A stretch of DNA of 64,000 nucleotides from Microcoleus sp. (GCA_052279835.1 CP181291.1:1120001-1184000); one strand, 5' to 3'. Counted from the first letter of the stretch, positions 23,714 to 36,698 are shown. Numbers and translations: made by a program. The notes: generated by a model not told the origin, from the sequence alone.

Positions 23714-24019
23714 AGATGTTATACATAGCAATCAAGAGAATACCTTCTTTGAAAGTATTCTTGAATAAGAACGGTGCTTAGGGGAAGATTTATCGGTTTT
23801 GTCTGTGGGTTTTGTCGGTAGATGGGAAGGAGTTTTACATACTGCCTTAGTGTTGTGAGTTTTGGTAAAATCTACGGTGCTTGGGTGAGTCTGTAGATCT
23901 TTGATGGAAAATGGTGCATCTTTGAAATTAAATATTAAAATTTTAAAATTATTGTCAATAATCTTAAAATTTTGATTTATCATGGTATGTGGTCAATCAC
24001 CAATTACTAACGACCGCTA

Positions 24020-24319
24020 ATGATTGCTAAGGAAAATTTATTTGTTTTGTCTCTGTTTCCCTACTTGGGATTTCTGTGGTTTTTGACTAAATCGGGAAAA
24101 ACACCACGTTTAGCTCTGATAGGGTTTTATGGCACTCTTGTGTTTGTGGGTGTGACGATTCCCGCGGCAATTTATGCAAAAGTTGCTTATAACGAATCCC
24201 TAGCCAATGTTGACTGGCTTCACGGTTCAGCGGAATTATTCTTAACAATTGCGAATATTTTAGTAGTTTTAGGATTTAGGGAAGCGGTGATTAAAGCCAA
24301 AGAATCTTCACCGGAATAG
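24020..24319 (+). CDS. DUF3593 membrane protein
   Basis: LFVLSLFPYLGFLWFL, LANVDWLHGSAE. Confidence 0.88.
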   Translation: MIAKENLFVLSLFPYLGFLWFLTKSGKTPRLALIGFYGTLVFVGVTIPAAIYAKVAYNESLANVDWLHGSAELFLTIANILVVLGFREAVIKAKESSPE

Positions 24320-24353
24320 TTTCTGGGTGCATCTCAATTTGGCAAATATATTC

Positions 24354-24425
24354 GTAGGGGCGAAGTATGACCGCAGACAATTTATTAGTGATAACCAGAG
24401 ATTTACAGCGGTCATGCTTCGCCTA
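24354..24425. repeat. REP-like palindrome GTAGGGGCGAAG...CTTCGCCTA
   Basis: Inverted arms ggcgaagtatgaccgc / gcggtcatgcttcgcc between convergent genes. Confidence 0.7.
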
Positions 24426-24576
24426 TGCAAAATCGGGATGCTCCCTAGTTTCTCAAGAGTGAAGGGATTTATCGGTGGGAGTAACAAAAAGCCAAAAGGC
24501 ACAATGCAGAAAAACAAAGTGTTTTAGTCTTTTTTATTTCACTTTTGAGGATGTGGATTTACTATTTCTGCTATCT

Positions 24577-27500
24577 CTAAAAGGGATGGATTGCCGTTGG
24601 TGATGATTGGGTGAGATAGTTGAGATACCGAGAAATGCGATCGGGTTCTGTACCCAGTAAACGACTAGCCCAAGAGTGTAAGTTTAGTCGATCGCGCATT
24701 TCTCGAAATACGAGAACATCTCCCTGATTATTCAGGGGAAAAATGCGAGCATCAAATCCAGCAGACTTAAGACGGCTAACAGTTTCTTCGCCATCTTGCA
24801 CCCACAATTGAGGGCTAATGCGAAGAGGTTGACAGGAATATTCACCTACCACAATTCCCCCCACTGAAACGCTACCATCTTGTCCTCGATTGGAAAGTTC
24901 TTGCAAAATAGCTTTGAGAGAATTCAATTTTTTGGTATCTTTTATTTGCTGGGGTGTCAAGTTAATAATCACAATTTGTAAAACTGCTACTGGTTTTGGT
25001 ACTTGTACCCTGTTGAGTGGTTCGGTTTCCCAAGTTTTTGGCTCTTCTAATTCTAAGGGATTTGTTTCTTCTCCAGTTTCTACTGCTGTTAATGGTTTAG
25101 CACCGTCTACAATTATCTGAATTTCCTCCCCATCTTTCTCAATTTTTCCACTAATCAGTAACACAGCATTCTCTGTAATATGGGAGCCAATCTGTTCGTA
25201 AGTTTTGGGAAATACCACAGCTTTGACTTGACTGGTTAAATCTTCTAATTGCAAAATTGCCATTTTCTCACCTTTTTTAGTAACTACGGGTTTGATAGCA
25301 CTAATCATGGCAATAACTGAGACTTTTCCCTTCTTTTCGGCTAGTTGCTGGAGAGTAATGACATCGGGTTCTTGGTTTACTAAGAGCAGTATTTTTAGGG
25401 GATGTTCTGATACATAAAAGCCGAGCAATTCTTTTTCATATCGCAACTTTTCTTGTGCATCGAAATCTTTGACTATTTTAGATTTTGGCGCAGACTCATA
25501 CTTATTCGCAGACTTCCCAAAGCTCGTCCCACCTAACAAGTCAAATAGATTACCTTGACCGCTTTCTCGGTCTTTTTTCCGGTCTTGGGCCCATTTAATT
25601 ACCCCTTCCATGTCGTTGATTAATTGCTGGCGGTTCTTCTCAATTTTGTCAAAGGCCCCGCATTGAATTAATGCTTCTAAAGCGCGGCGGTTGACAGCAT
25701 GAAGATTGACGCGATCGCACAAATCGGGTAAAGATTTAAAATCCCCCCCTTCCTGTCGCGCAGCTAAAATATTTTCAATTGCACCCTCACCCACATTTTT
25801 GACCGCGGAAATTCCAAACAAAATTTTATCTTTTGCAGGTGGTTTCATCTTGATCGGTGTAAATGTCAGTTCAGAACTATTGATATCCGGCGGCTCTACT
25901 TCGATACCCAGTTTGAGACAATTAGCGATATATCTCTGTACTTTATCCTGGTCGCCACTGTTAGCAGTCAGCAGTGCAGCCATATATTCTACAGGAAAAT
26001 TTGCCTTTAAATAAGCAGTTTGATAAGTGATGTAGGCATAGGCCATTGAATGGGATTTATTAAAGCAATATTCCGCGAAATTCAGCATTTGATCGAACAA
26101 TTCTTCGGCAATTTTTTGAGGGACACCATTTTTAGTTGCCCCATCAATAAATGTTTCCTTTTGCTTCTGCATTTCCTCCGCTTTTTTCTTACCCATGGCG
26201 CGGCGCAGCAAGTCAGCTTGACCCAAAGAATATCCGGCTAAATCTTGAGCCATCCGCATAATTTGCTCTTGGAAACAAAGCGTTCCATAAGTCTCTTTTA
26301 AAATCGGTTCTAACAGTGGATGGTCGTATTTAACGACCTCTCTCCCGTGTTTGCGATCGATAAATTGTGGAATCAAACCAGCATCCAGCGGGCCGGGACG
26401 ATAAAGTGCCAGAATAGAAGAAATATCATCCAGACAAGAAGGTTTAATTTTTTTTACTACATCCAGCATCCCAGAAGATTCTAACTGAAAAATACCTTCT
26501 AAATCTCCTTTTTCTAAGAGTTTATAAGTTTTTGCTACATCACCTGGCAACTTGTTGTTTCTAGTAAATGTCTCTTGAGCTCTGCGTTCTATATCAGAAG
26601 GCAGCCCTTCGGCATCGATGGTTATATCTTGCGTTTGCTTAACATAATCAACGGTTTTTTGGAGGGTTGTTAAATTCTTGAGTCCCAAAAAATCCATTTT
26701 CAGTAACCCCAAAAATTCCAAATCTTCCATGAAATATTGGGTAATCACAGCACCTTCGTTATTCTTTTGCAGCGGTACAATTTCATCTAGGGGTTGGGAA
26801 GAAATCACCACACCGGCGGCGTGAACGCCATAGGTTTTGTTGGTTCCTTCAATGCGAATTGCCATGTCAATCCACTGACGGACGGGGACTTCGCTGCCAG
26901 TTTCTGGATTGATGCAAATTGTGTTTTCGTAGTTGTCTCTAAATTCCTGTGCAGGTGTTTCACCGGAAATCATCACTTTCAGTTTTTCTGGTTTTCCCCG
27001 CGACACCGGAATCATTTTTGCCATTTCGTCTGCTTTTTTGTAGGGAATACCTAAAACTCTGGCAACATCTTTCAAGACAGCTTTTGATGTCATTCTATTA
27101 AAGGTGATGATTTGCGCTACGCGGTCTTCTCCATATTTTTCGGTCACGTATTTAATCATGTCATCCCGTCTTTCGATGCAGAAATCGCTATCAATATCTG
27201 GCATTGATTTGCGTTCGGGATTGAGAAATCGCTCGAATAGTAACCCGTGGTGTACGGGGTCTATGTTGGTAATTTTGAGGACGTAGGCAACTAGAGAACC
27301 TGCGGCCGAACCGCGTCCTGGTCCGACGGGAATATTGTGATCTCTGGCGTATTTAATGTAGTCCCAAACTACTAAAAAGTATTCTGAAAATCCCATTTGC
27401 TGAAGCATTTTCAGTTCGTATTCTAGCCTTTGTTTGTAGACGGGAGGAATTTCATTTTTGGTGCGGGATTTGAGGCGTTCTAGTAGTCCTTGCCAGGATA

Positions 27501-28419
27501 TTTCTTCTACATAGGTATCGGCGGTATGTTCTGGGGGAATTGGAATGGTGGGAATCCGAGCTTCTCCTGTTAAGTCATATCTTGATACTTTGTTTGCTAC
27601 TTCTAGGGTATTTTCGATCGCCTCTTGGATCGTTTCAGCATCCAAATGGTCTTGGAATAGTTGCGCCATCTCGTCAGCCGACTTCAAATACTCTGTGCCG
27701 CTGTAGCGCATCCGCTTTTCTTCTTCTATTAGTTTATTGGTGTTGATGCACAACAAAGCGTCGTGAGCTTCTACGTCGTTGCAAGAAATATAGTGAGAAT
27801 CATTGGTGGCGACTATTTTAATGTTTAGTTCGCGAGCAATTTTGACAATTTCTACATTTACAAGTCTGTCTTCTTGGGAACCGTGGTCTTGTATTTCTAA
27901 GTAGTAATCTTCGCCAAATACTTCTTGATACCATTTGGCGACTTCACGGGCGACATCTAGCTTTCCTTGCATGATCATTTGGGGGACTTCTCCACCCAAA
28001 CAAGCGCTGGTAACAATTAGGCCTTCTGAGTATTGTTTTAGGAGTTCTTTGTTGATGCAAGGGCGGGCAAAAATTCCTCTTTCTGGCATTCCCTTTAAAT
28101 GGGAAATTGTAGTTAATTTAACTAAGTTTTTATAACCTTGGGTGTTTTTTGCTAAAACAACTTGATGGTATTTTCTTCTACCTCGAACTTTTACTTCTAT
28201 GTCGCCGTTGACAACGTACATTTCGTTGCCAATAATGGGCTTAATATTTTTATTTCGACAAACTTTGATCAGTTCGATCGCCCCATACATGACTCCGTGA
28301 TCCGTAAGGGCGATCGCGGGCATCCCCAATTCCACCGCCCGCTCTGCTAGCTGTTGTAGCTGAGATGCCCCGTCTAGCAGGCTGTAATCGCTGTGAATGT
28401 GCAAACCAACGAAAGACAT
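24577..28419 (-). CDS. dnaE: DNA polymerase III alpha subunit, contiguous and intein-free
   Basis: [44 protein letters not shown] fold. Confidence 0.98.
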   Translation of the reverse strand: MSFVGLHIHSDYSLLDGASQLQQLAERAVELGMPAIALTDHGVMYGAIELIKVCRNKNIKPIIGNEMYVVNGDIEVKVRGRRKYHQVVLAKNTQGYKNLVKLTTISHLKGMPERGIFARPCINKELLKQYSEGLIVTSACLGGEVPQMIMQGKLDVAREVAKWYQEVFGEDYYLEIQDHGSQEDRLVNVEIVKIARELNIKIVATNDSHYISCNDVEAHDALLCINTNKLIEEEKRMRYSGTEYLKSADEMAQLFQDHLDAETIQEAIENTLEVANKVSRYDLTGEARIPTIPIPPEHTADTYVEEISWQGLLERLKSRTKNEIPPVYKQRLEYELKMLQQMGFSEYFLVVWDYIKYARDHNIPVGPGRGSAAGSLVAYVLKITNIDPVHHGLLFERFLNPERKSMPDIDSDFCIERRDDMIKYVTEKYGEDRVAQIITFNRMTSKAVLKDVARVLGIPYKKADEMAKMIPVSRGKPEKLKVMISGETPAQEFRDNYENTICINPETGSEVPVRQWIDMAIRIEGTNKTYGVHAAGVVISSQPLDEIVPLQKNNEGAVITQYFMEDLEFLGLLKMDFLGLKNLTTLQKTVDYVKQTQDITIDAEGLPSDIERRAQETFTRNNKLPGDVAKTYKLLEKGDLEGIFQLESSGMLDVVKKIKPSCLDDISSILALYRPGPLDAGLIPQFIDRKHGREVVKYDHPLLEPILKETYGTLCFQEQIMRMAQDLAGYSLGQADLLRRAMGKKKAEEMQKQKETFIDGATKNGVPQKIAEELFDQMLNFAEYCFNKSHSMAYAYITYQTAYLKANFPVEYMAALLTANSGDQDKVQRYIANCLKLGIEVEPPDINSSELTFTPIKMKPPAKDKILFGISAVKNVGEGAIENILAARQEGGDFKSLPDLCDRVNLHAVNRRALEALIQCGAFDKIEKNRQQLINDMEGVIKWAQDRKKDRESGQGNLFDLLGGTSFGKSANKYESAPKSKIVKDFDAQEKLRYEKELLGFYVSEHPLKILLLVNQEPDVITLQQLAEKKGKVSVIAMISAIKPVVTKKGEKMAILQLEDLTSQVKAVVFPKTYEQIGSHITENAVLLISGKIEKDGEEIQIIVDGAKPLTAVETGEETNPLELEEPKTWETEPLNRVQVPKPVAVLQIVIINLTPQQIKDTKKLNSLKAILQELSNRGQDGSVSVGGIVVGEYSCQPLRISPQLWVQDGEETVSRLKSAGFDARIFPLNNQGDVLVFREMRDRLNLHSWASRLLGTEPDRISRYLNYLTQSSPTAIHPF

Positions 28420-28691
28420 AGGGATTTAAGATATGAGGTCTGAGATTTTAGATTGTACACCATGGGGGGAGAGAAAAGTCAAATAAAAAAATTTGGCAGT
28501 CGTTCGTTATTCTTTTGTATAGTGGGCATCGATCGCATTACTAAATATCGATCTAATTTTATAAAATAGTTTCTGTCAAGGGAGTATTACTAGCTTGGCA
28601 GGGGAGTAAAAATCAGACTGTTTTTAACAGTTAAATTGTCACCAATGTTGCCAAGATAGTGATATGTTTGAAAATATTTACCCCCTGTTTT

Positions 28692-29009
28692 TTAATCTTG
28701 AATTTTTACGGAGGGTGTTTGAGCCGATCGCCAAATCCACCAAGCAGCCGCCCATAGAGTAAAATTGCCGATGAGAGTCATGGCGGCTTGCAGGGTAACA
28801 ATCCATTCTAGGGCTGGAGAGTTATCAAAATAGTGCCATGTACAGGCACACATAGCGCTCACGAGGGCGGGTAACATCGCGGCGGAAAGGGCCCACCAAG
28901 CTCGGTTGTGAGTAACTTCGCCGTAGGTCCAAATTAACCAGATGGCGACAATCCACTCGACGACACTAGAGATGTGAATAATCCAGGTGGGAATTGACAA
29001 AGCGTGCAT
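28692..29009 (-). CDS. DUF2499 / Ycf49-like membrane protein
   Basis: MHALSIPTWIIHISSVVEW, MLPALVSAMCACTWH. Confidence 0.9.
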   Translation of the reverse strand: MHALSIPTWIIHISSVVEWIVAIWLIWTYGEVTHNRAWWALSAAMLPALVSAMCACTWHYFDNSPALEWIVTLQAAMTLIGNFTLWAAAWWIWRSAQTPSVKIQD

Positions 29010-29097
29010 TGTTTGTATTCTGAAATAAGATGCAAGATGTATTGATTAGATATTGTAATAGTTAGATTCCCCATCGTAAACTAAGAAAAAAGTAAAA

Positions 29098-30144
29098 ATG
29101 CGAGCAATTTTGTGCGGCTATTACGGTAAAGGCAACGGTGGCGACGAGGCGCTATTAGCCTCGCTACTGCAAATGTTACCAGATGATGTGACACCGATCG
29201 TCCTTTCTGGCAATCCTGTGGAGACAAATCAGCGTTACGGTGTAGCTGCGCGCGATCGCATGAATGCCTTTCAAGTCCTCGAAGCACTCCGCACCTCCGA
29301 TGCCCTAATTTGGGGTGGCGGCAGTTTAATCCAAGACACTACTAGCATCATCAGCCCATTTTATTATGGCGGTTTGATGGGATTAGCACAACAAATGGGA
29401 CTAAAAACTGTGGCTTGGGCCCAGGGAATTGGGCCTTTGAATCGAGATATTACCCGTAAGTTATCTCAGCGGTGTTTTGCTGGATGTACGGCGGTTAGCG
29501 TGCGGGATAAAGGCTCTGCTACCCTGCTAGCAGATTGGGAAATTCCCTTTACTTTAGCGCCCGATCCGGTGTGGGCTTTGGAAAATTCACCAGTGTCGGG
29601 TTTGTGGGATTTACCAGCGCCCAGAGTTGCGGTTTGTTTGCGATCGCATCCTAGCCTAACTCCCGCTCGGTTATCTATCTTAACTCAAGCTTTAGTAGAC
29701 TTTCAAAAAGCCACCCGCACGTTAATTTTATTGCTACCATTTCAAGCTTCCCAAGACTTAGAAATTGCCAAACATTTGCATGAAGCATTAGCGAAAAGGA
29801 GTCGGATTCTGAGTTTAGACGATCCAAGAAAATTGAAAGGACTATTTCGGGGAGTCGAAATGGTGATCGGGATGCGCTACCATAGTTTAATTATGGCAGC
29901 TTCAGAAGAATGTCGCTGTTTTGCCCTCAGCTACGATCCGAAAGTTAGTCAGTTGATGGACGAGTTAGAAATGCCGGGATATTTATTATCAGACTTGCCA
30001 GACGATCCTTATTTAATCAGTAAAATCTGGATCGAACACTATGCTAACGGCGACGCCTTATCGCCAGACAGGATAAAATTTATAGTAGGGCGATCGCTCT
30101 TTCATCAAGAAGTATTGAAAACCGCACTCCAGCAGTCTCAATAA
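29098..30144 (+). CDS. csaB: Polysaccharide pyruvyl transferase
   Basis: GYYGKGNGGDEA, GGGSLIQD, AQGIGPL, GMRYH, SYDPKV. Confidence 0.93.
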   Translation: MRAILCGYYGKGNGGDEALLASLLQMLPDDVTPIVLSGNPVETNQRYGVAARDRMNAFQVLEALRTSDALIWGGGSLIQDTTSIISPFYYGGLMGLAQQMGLKTVAWAQGIGPLNRDITRKLSQRCFAGCTAVSVRDKGSATLLADWEIPFTLAPDPVWALENSPVSGLWDLPAPRVAVCLRSHPSLTPARLSILTQALVDFQKATRTLILLLPFQASQDLEIAKHLHEALAKRSRILSLDDPRKLKGLFRGVEMVIGMRYHSLIMAASEECRCFALSYDPKVSQLMDELEMPGYLLSDLPDDPYLISKIWIEHYANGDALSPDRIKFIVGRSLFHQEVLKTALQQSQ

Positions 30145-30157
30145 GAGGTAAAATACC

Positions 30158-30889
30158 ATGACAGTCAGTACAGCAGACTTGAAAATTACCTGGGAAAAAT
30201 TGCCCGCCGATTTTATTTTAGACGAGGAACCAGTGGAAAACATCGACCAGCCTTTGCTAGCTGCTGCCTTGCGAGAAATCTTAGAAATTGCAGGGCTAAT
30301 AGTAGCAGGAATATTAATTGCTCCAAATATGGGTATTTGTGCGACAGTAGACAGCAAGCTAGTTATCAAAGCTCCAGATTGGTTTTATGCCCGCAACGTA
30401 CAAGCGCTTCCCAGTCAAGAAATTCGCCGCAGTTACACTCCCAACTTAGAAGGGGACATTCCGGCGATCGTGATGGAGTTCTTGTCAGCTAGTCCCAACG
30501 ATGAATATTCAATCAAGCCAAGTTATCCCCCCGGTAAATGGTTTTTTTACGAACAAGTATTGCGAGTTCCAATCTATGCAATCTTTGAACCAGCCGCCGG
30601 AGTGCTAGAAGTCTACCAGTTGGATTCAGGAGGAAGGTATCAAGCACAGCAACCCGATTTAAATGGTCGTTATTGGGTTGCAGGAGTTGGGCTATTTCTG
30701 GGTGTTTGGCAGGGAACAAAAGCGGAAAGAAGCGGATATTGGTTGCGCTGGTGGGATGAAAGCGGACAGATGTTATTGTGGGGAGTAGAGATGGTAGAAA
30801 GGAAAAAGCAAGAAATAGAAATTGTTCAAGAGCGCGGCGATCGACTAGCAGCACAATTAAGAGCAGCAGGCATTGAACCAGAAGCTTGA
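30158..30889 (+). CDS. Uma2 family endonuclease
   Basis: KAPDWFY, VMEFLS, GKWFFYEQVL, WLRWWD. Confidence 0.9.
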   Translation: MTVSTADLKITWEKLPADFILDEEPVENIDQPLLAAALREILEIAGLIVAGILIAPNMGICATVDSKLVIKAPDWFYARNVQALPSQEIRRSYTPNLEGDIPAIVMEFLSASPNDEYSIKPSYPPGKWFFYEQVLRVPIYAIFEPAAGVLEVYQLDSGGRYQAQQPDLNGRYWVAGVGLFLGVWQGTKAERSGYWLRWWDESGQMLLWGVEMVERKKQEIEIVQERGDRLAAQLRAAGIEPEA

Positions 30890-31042
30890 TACAATAATTA
30901 GAAATGAGAAATCGTAATCATGCAATTTTTCATTTCTAATTTGGCGATCGCTAATTAGTGAAAAAGATTAGACTCCTTCGCAAAAATCAATAATTATCAG
31001 CCTTCATCTGCGATTAAAAATCACATTAAGGAGACATCAAAA

Positions 31043-31690
31043 TTGGCAAGAGTTAGAGTTCGGGAACACGTCAATCCCCTATCCATTCGATATCAAGCAT
31101 CCGTAAATCCCCCGGATTGGACAAAAATTTATGCTGACTTAAATTTGCCGCTGCATTTAGATATCGGTTGCGGTAGGGGAAGGTTTTTGTGGCACATGGC
31201 GCAACTCCAAACCGACTGGAATTTTCTGGGATTAGAAATTCGGGAACCTCTGGTAGAAGAGGCGAATGTTTGGCGGGATGAAAAAGGCTTGACAAATCTC
31301 CACTATTTATTTGGCAACGCCAATAGTTCTCTGAAGCCCATTTTAGAAACTTTACCCGCAGGTATTTTGCAGCGAGTTAGCATTCAATTTCCCGATCCTT
31401 GGTTTAAAAACAAACACCATAAACGGCGGGTAGTGCAACCGGAATTAGTCAATGATTTGGCAACCTATTTGGCAATTGGTGGCGAAGTTTTTATGCAATC
31501 TGATATTGAAGAAGTAGAAAGGGAAATGTGCGATCGCTTTTCATCTCACCCTAGTTTTCAGCGTCAAAACAATGGCGAATGGTTAGCAGAAAATCCCCTA
31601 CCTGTGGCGACGGAGAGAGAAATTGGTAGACTCCAACGCGGCGAACCAGTTTATCGAGCATTATATCATAAATGTGGAGCAGCATCTTAA
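31043..31690 (+). CDS. trmB: tRNA (guanine-N7)-methyltransferase
   Basis: [33 protein letters not shown]. Confidence 0.96.
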   Translation: MARVRVREHVNPLSIRYQASVNPPDWTKIYADLNLPLHLDIGCGRGRFLWHMAQLQTDWNFLGLEIREPLVEEANVWRDEKGLTNLHYLFGNANSSLKPILETLPAGILQRVSIQFPDPWFKNKHHKRRVVQPELVNDLATYLAIGGEVFMQSDIEEVEREMCDRFSSHPSFQRQNNGEWLAENPLPVATEREIGRLQRGEPVYRALYHKCGAAS

Positions 31691-31758
31691 ATTAATTAGT
31701 TCCATCTGCGTGCTGTTTATTTGCACCTTTCTACTTAGCATCTGTTAAATTCACTTAA

Positions 31759-33274
31759 TTAAATCCAAGATGGCAGCCACATCCTAATTTTCCATTCAAG
31801 TTCCGACAAAGGGAGTCCCAAATAAATAGGCATCCAGAAAGCAAAACCACCCAAAACCATAAAAATAATTGTCACCGCCATCCCTCGGAGACGATTTTGA
31901 TGACTATTAATCCACCTGTCAACCCACCAAGCAAGTGCCAGCGTTGAAAATACAGAACAACCCATATAATGATACAAAAATACACAACGAGTCACCTTGA
32001 CCCAAGGCAGCAAATTAGCAGCCCAGTTAACTATTAAGTATAACATTAACCACATTTCAGTAGTGGGCGGAAACACAAATAGCTGCTGCTGTTCCAGGAG
32101 ATTAACAGAAGCCTCATTGCGGGTTTGTCGCCAAATCCAAAAGCGGTTAACCAAAATTACTGCTACTAATATTAAAGCTAAAGTTGACAGCCACCAAAGC
32201 ATCGGATTGCCCATCGCGTGAACGTCAAAAATTACCTTAGTCGCACCGGTTGGCAGAGGTGGCAAAACAGGGGTCTGGTGGTGAATTATTCGTAGCAGTT
32301 TTGTAGAAGTAAACTATCGGGCGCAGCATCAAAGGCCAACCGTACCACGCGGAACAGTAAGGATGAACGCCCGGGCCGCTCTTAATCCGCTGGTGATAAG
32401 TCAAAATCTCTGTTTGCATCTGCCAGAAATTGGGAGTTGGATTAAAGTGTAGGTGAGGAATCCAAGAGATGCTGTAAACTACAATAGGAATAATAGCTAA
32501 ACTTAGTCCTACTTCTAAAAAATTGAGTTTCGTCAATTTTTGGACGGGACTTGCCGCCGGAAGCATTGTTGATAATTCCTGGTTTTCCAGTTGTGGTTCT
32601 TCTTGATTTTGTTGAGTAAGTTGCACTACCCAAGCGCAGATTAAAATTAAATAAGTTCCCAAAAGAAACCATAAGCCGTTCCATTTAATAGCAGCGGAAG
32701 CGCCGAAACTAGCGCCCGATAGCCCTAGCAAAATCCAGCGGTTTTTGCCTGCTGTTTCAACTGATTTTAAAATAAATAGTTGACCTAATATTCCCAATAA
32801 AACTAGATAAATATTATTCAGTGCGTAGCGAGATTCGACTAAAAATAGACCATCGCAGGCGGCAAATAAAGCAGCAATAAAGGCATAACTACGACGTTTA
32901 ACTAGCTGATAGGCTAGCGCTCCCACAACTAGGGGAATAAAGGAGCCGGTGAGAGCGTTGAGCCAGCGGTAATCCCAAGGAGAAAGTAGGGAACCAGCCA
33001 TACTGTTGACGGCGGTTTTGCCGAAGGGAAGATGAGTTCCGATCCAGATGCCGATCGCAATTATGTACTGACTCAGAGGCGGGTGAGCGTTGAAAAAAGG
33101 CGTTTTGGTGAGATAATCGTTGGCAAATTTAGCGTAGTAAACTTCGTCAAATACGAAAGAATTAAACCGCTCTAGTTGCCAAAAGCGGAGAGTTAAGGAG
33201 ACGAGGAACACAGCGAGCATTCCTAGGTAAAAAATAAAATTAGATTTGTTAAATTGTTTTTTGTTCGCTTTCAT
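31759..33274 (-). pseudogene. PMT-like protein O-mannosyltransferase (GT39), frameshifted near 32270
   Basis: VFDEVYY, HPPL, HPYCSAW in ORF 32237-33274; MGNP, FLYHY in ORF 31759-32265; deleting one G from 32270-32273 joins them (DPVLPPLPTG). Confidence 0.8.
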
Positions 33275-33453
33275 GAGACTGCACCAAAAAATATTAGATA
33301 GTAGATTTGAGCTCGCTAATTTAAAAGTACAGGAGTTATGTCTAAATACCCAAGCAACCGGGTTGTTTGTGGAGATTAAGGCTACGCTCCAAGGTTTTCA
33401 GAAAAAACCCGGTTTTTGCGTAAGTCCAACCCACGGGGTATGAGAAACAAGGT

Positions 33454-34263
33454 TTGTTGTCAAGGGATGATGCTGAAAGCTTAGCTTTTCGTCAAGAAAG
33501 CTGGCTTCTTTGGCACAAGCTGCGATCGATTATGATAGCATCCGATCGGGTGTTTTTTGGACGAGTGTTTGTGAATCTCACTACTTGGGCTTGGGGGCGT
33601 TTGGGGTTAGGTGTAGGTGCGAGTATCCTGCTCGCATCAGCGACTGCGCCCAACCCCAAAACATTTGAAAGCTTCGGCGATTGGTGCACCAAAAAAGAGA
33701 GTTTGACCCCAGAAGCTAGACATACCGTTGAGGTGTTGCTATCGAAAGCAAAGACACAAGAGTGCGATCGCGCTCAAGAAACCCTGACTAATCTTACAGA
33801 ACTTTCCCTTAAATCAAATCAAATCGTCAATCTAGAACCCTTAGCAAATTTAACGAATTTGAAAATTCTTCAACTCAACGAGAATCAAATCGTTAATCTA
33901 GAACCCTTAGCAAATTTAACGAATCTGACACAACTTTACCTGGTTGGCAATCAAATAGTCAATCTCCAACCATTGTCAAAATTAATTAATCTCAAAAAAC
34001 TCAATCTCAGTTCCAATAAAATAACAGATGTGGAACCCTTATCTGGATTGACTAATCTCAAAGTTCTCACCCTCAATTTTAATCAAATCCCAGATGTGAA
34101 ACCATTATCGGGACTGACTAATCTGACAGACTTTTTTTTGGAATCAAATCAAATCGTAGATGCGAAACCGTTATCAGAGTTGAAGAATCTGTCCGGACTT
34201 TCTCTAGCATCAAATAGACTACTATGTCTTGGGAGAGAAACAGCAAGCGATCGACTATTATAA
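33454..34263 (+). CDS. Internalin-like leucine-rich repeat protein, C-terminally disrupted; true start probably later
   Basis: SFGDWC..K..L cap followed by 22-aa LRR units LxxLxLxxNQIxxLxPL. Confidence 0.75.
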   Translation: MLSRDDAESLAFRQESWLLWHKLRSIMIASDRVFFGRVFVNLTTWAWGRLGLGVGASILLASATAPNPKTFESFGDWCTKKESLTPEARHTVEVLLSKAKTQECDRAQETLTNLTELSLKSNQIVNLEPLANLTNLKILQLNENQIVNLEPLANLTNLTQLYLVGNQIVNLQPLSKLINLKKLNLSSNKITDVEPLSGLTNLKVLTLNFNQIPDVKPLSGLTNLTDFFLESNQIVDAKPLSELKNLSGLSLASNRLLCLGRETASDRLL

Positions 34264-36454
34264 TCAAGTTCTTTCGTTAATTCGGGAAATGGGCGATCGC
34301 CCCGAAGCAAGCATTAACCTCAATAACATCTCGAACATACCCGCAAACAGCGACACATCAGGAGGCGCTCGCATTGTGGAAGCCACCACCCTCAACAACC
34401 TCGGTTTAGCCTACAATGATTTGGGAGAAAAACAAAAAGCAAAAGAATATTTCAACCAAGCCCTTCCTCTATTTCGCGCTCTGGGCGATCGTCCTAGGGA
34501 AGCCACTGCTCTCACCAATATCGGCTTAGTCTACAATGATTTGGGAAACCAACAACAAGCCATCGAATACTATAATCAAGCCCTGCATCTGAGACGAGAA
34601 GTGGGCGATCGGCAACAAGAAGCCCTCACCCTCAACAATACAGGTGTTTCCTACTCAGAATTGGGAGAAAAGCAGAAAGCAGCAGAACATTTCAACCAAG
34701 CCCTGCGGCTGTTTCGGGCTGTGGGCGATCGGCCTGGAGAAGCACTCACTCTCTACAATAGCGCCAATCTAAAAGGCGATCTAGGAAATTTAATCGCAGC
34801 CCTAACTGACATTGAAGCCTCCATCAAAATCATCGAAAACCTCCGCACCAAAATTACCAACCACGAACTCCGAACCTCATACTTTACCACAGTACAAAAC
34901 TATTACCAGTTCTACATTCACCTGTTAATGGAACTGCACAACACAGAACCAAAATCAGGTTACGATCGCAAAGCATTTGAGGCCAGCGAACGTTCCCGCG
35001 CCCGCACATTACTAGAACTCTTGCAAGAAGCAAATGCTGATATTCGCCAAGGGATTGCCCCAGAATTATTGGCTATAGAACGGAATTTACAACAGCAACT
35101 CGATGCTTTAGAAACACAGCGCATCGAAATCTTGAGCCTTCAAAATCCAACTTCCCAACAAACAGCAGAATTAGAAAAAACACGCCAAAATCTGCTATCT
35201 CAATATCAAAACATTCAAGGCAAAATTCGCGCCACCAGCCCCCGGTACGCCGCCCTCACCCAACCGGAACCCCTAACTCTTCCACAAATTCAACAACAAA
35301 TTCTCGACGATAATACAATTTTACTCCAGTATTCTCTAGGAGCAAAGCACAGCTATCTCTGGGTTGTCACTAAAACCAGCATCACCAGTTATGAATAGCC
35401 AAAAAGCGCCGACATCGAAACAGCAGCCCGCAATTTCCGCAATGCAGTGACTAATCCCCGCCTCCGAAACATCCCCAATCAAGTCGCTGAAGCTAGCAAA
35501 GCACTCAGTCAAATTATCTTACAGCCCGCAGCAGCACAACTCGCTCAAAAACGCCTGCTGATAGTTGGCGATGGCGTTTTGAATTATCTTCCCTTTGCCG
35601 CCCTTTCGCTCCCCGGAAAATCGGGTGAAAATGAAAATCCACCTTTAATAGTAGACCATGAAATCGTGCTGTTGCCTTCAGCTTCCACCTTGGAAATATT
35701 AAGAAAAAATTATAGTGACAGACCAACTCCAACTCGGACTTTAGCAATGCTTGCCGATCCAGTTTTTAGCCCTGACGATGAACGAGTCAAAAACCCCGCT
35801 ACTAGCACCAATCGCCAAGCAATAGAATCAGTAAATCTCGGTTTAAGCCGCTCTAGTCGCGATAATAATTTACAGTTGAGCCGTTTAAAATTCACTCGCC
35901 AAGAAGCTCAAATCATTCAAGGGTTAGTTGCGGGAAATTCCAGTACCCAATCCTTTGATTTTGCAGCCAGCCGTGCCACAGCCACCAGGCCGAATTTAAG
36001 CCAATATAAAATCATTCATTTTGCCACTCATGGTTTAGCAAATAGCGCTCACCCAGAACTCTCAGGAGTCATCTTGTCGCTAGTAGATGAAAAGGGCAAT
36101 CCCTTAAACGGATTCCTGCGACTTACTGATATTTTTAATCTCAAATTAGCAGCAGAATTAGTAGTGTTAAGTGCCTGTCAAACCGGATTGGGGCAGAACA
36201 TTCAAGGCGAGGGCATGGTGGGATTGACACGGGGATTTATGTATGCAGGCGCTCAGCGAGTGGTGGTTAGTTTGTGGAGTGTGGACGATGAAGGGACGGC
36301 TACGTTAATGTCTAATTTCTATCAAGGAATGCTGCAAAAAGGGTTAACCCCAGCGGCTGCTTTAAGGGGGGCGCAATTGGAACTATGGAAGCAGGAAAAA
36401 TGGCATTCTCCTTATTATTGGGCGGCGTTTACACTTCAGGGTGAATGGCGATAA
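34229..36454 (+). pseudogene. TPR-CHAT domain protein lacking its start and with an in-frame TAG at 35396-35398
   Basis: TPRs (EATALTNIG), [15 protein letters not shown], then CHAT IIHFATHG and VVLSACQTG in the same frame. Confidence 0.85.
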
Positions 36455-36457
36455 ATT

Positions 36458-36698
36458 TTATGCCAAATTAGCATCAATTCCTGTAAGTCACGACTACATA
36501 AACTTTCCTCGGCGCAACGCGACACTAAAGAAAATCATACTTAAAAATCTGCACCCTCAACAACACAGGACGGCGATTTCTGAGGGGTAAAACCCCTCAG
36601 ACCTTCGACAACAGTCTCTGGAAATCGCTTCTACACACACAAAGTCAGCCTCGGCGGACTGAAGAATAAAGGAGATATCAAAACCGAATTTGGTATAA
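36458..36698. mobile_element. MITE-like element with TTAT(A/G)CCAAATT termini
   Basis: Ends ttatgccaaatt / aatttggtataa with internal hairpin ctgaggggt-aaa-acccctcag. Confidence 0.55.
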
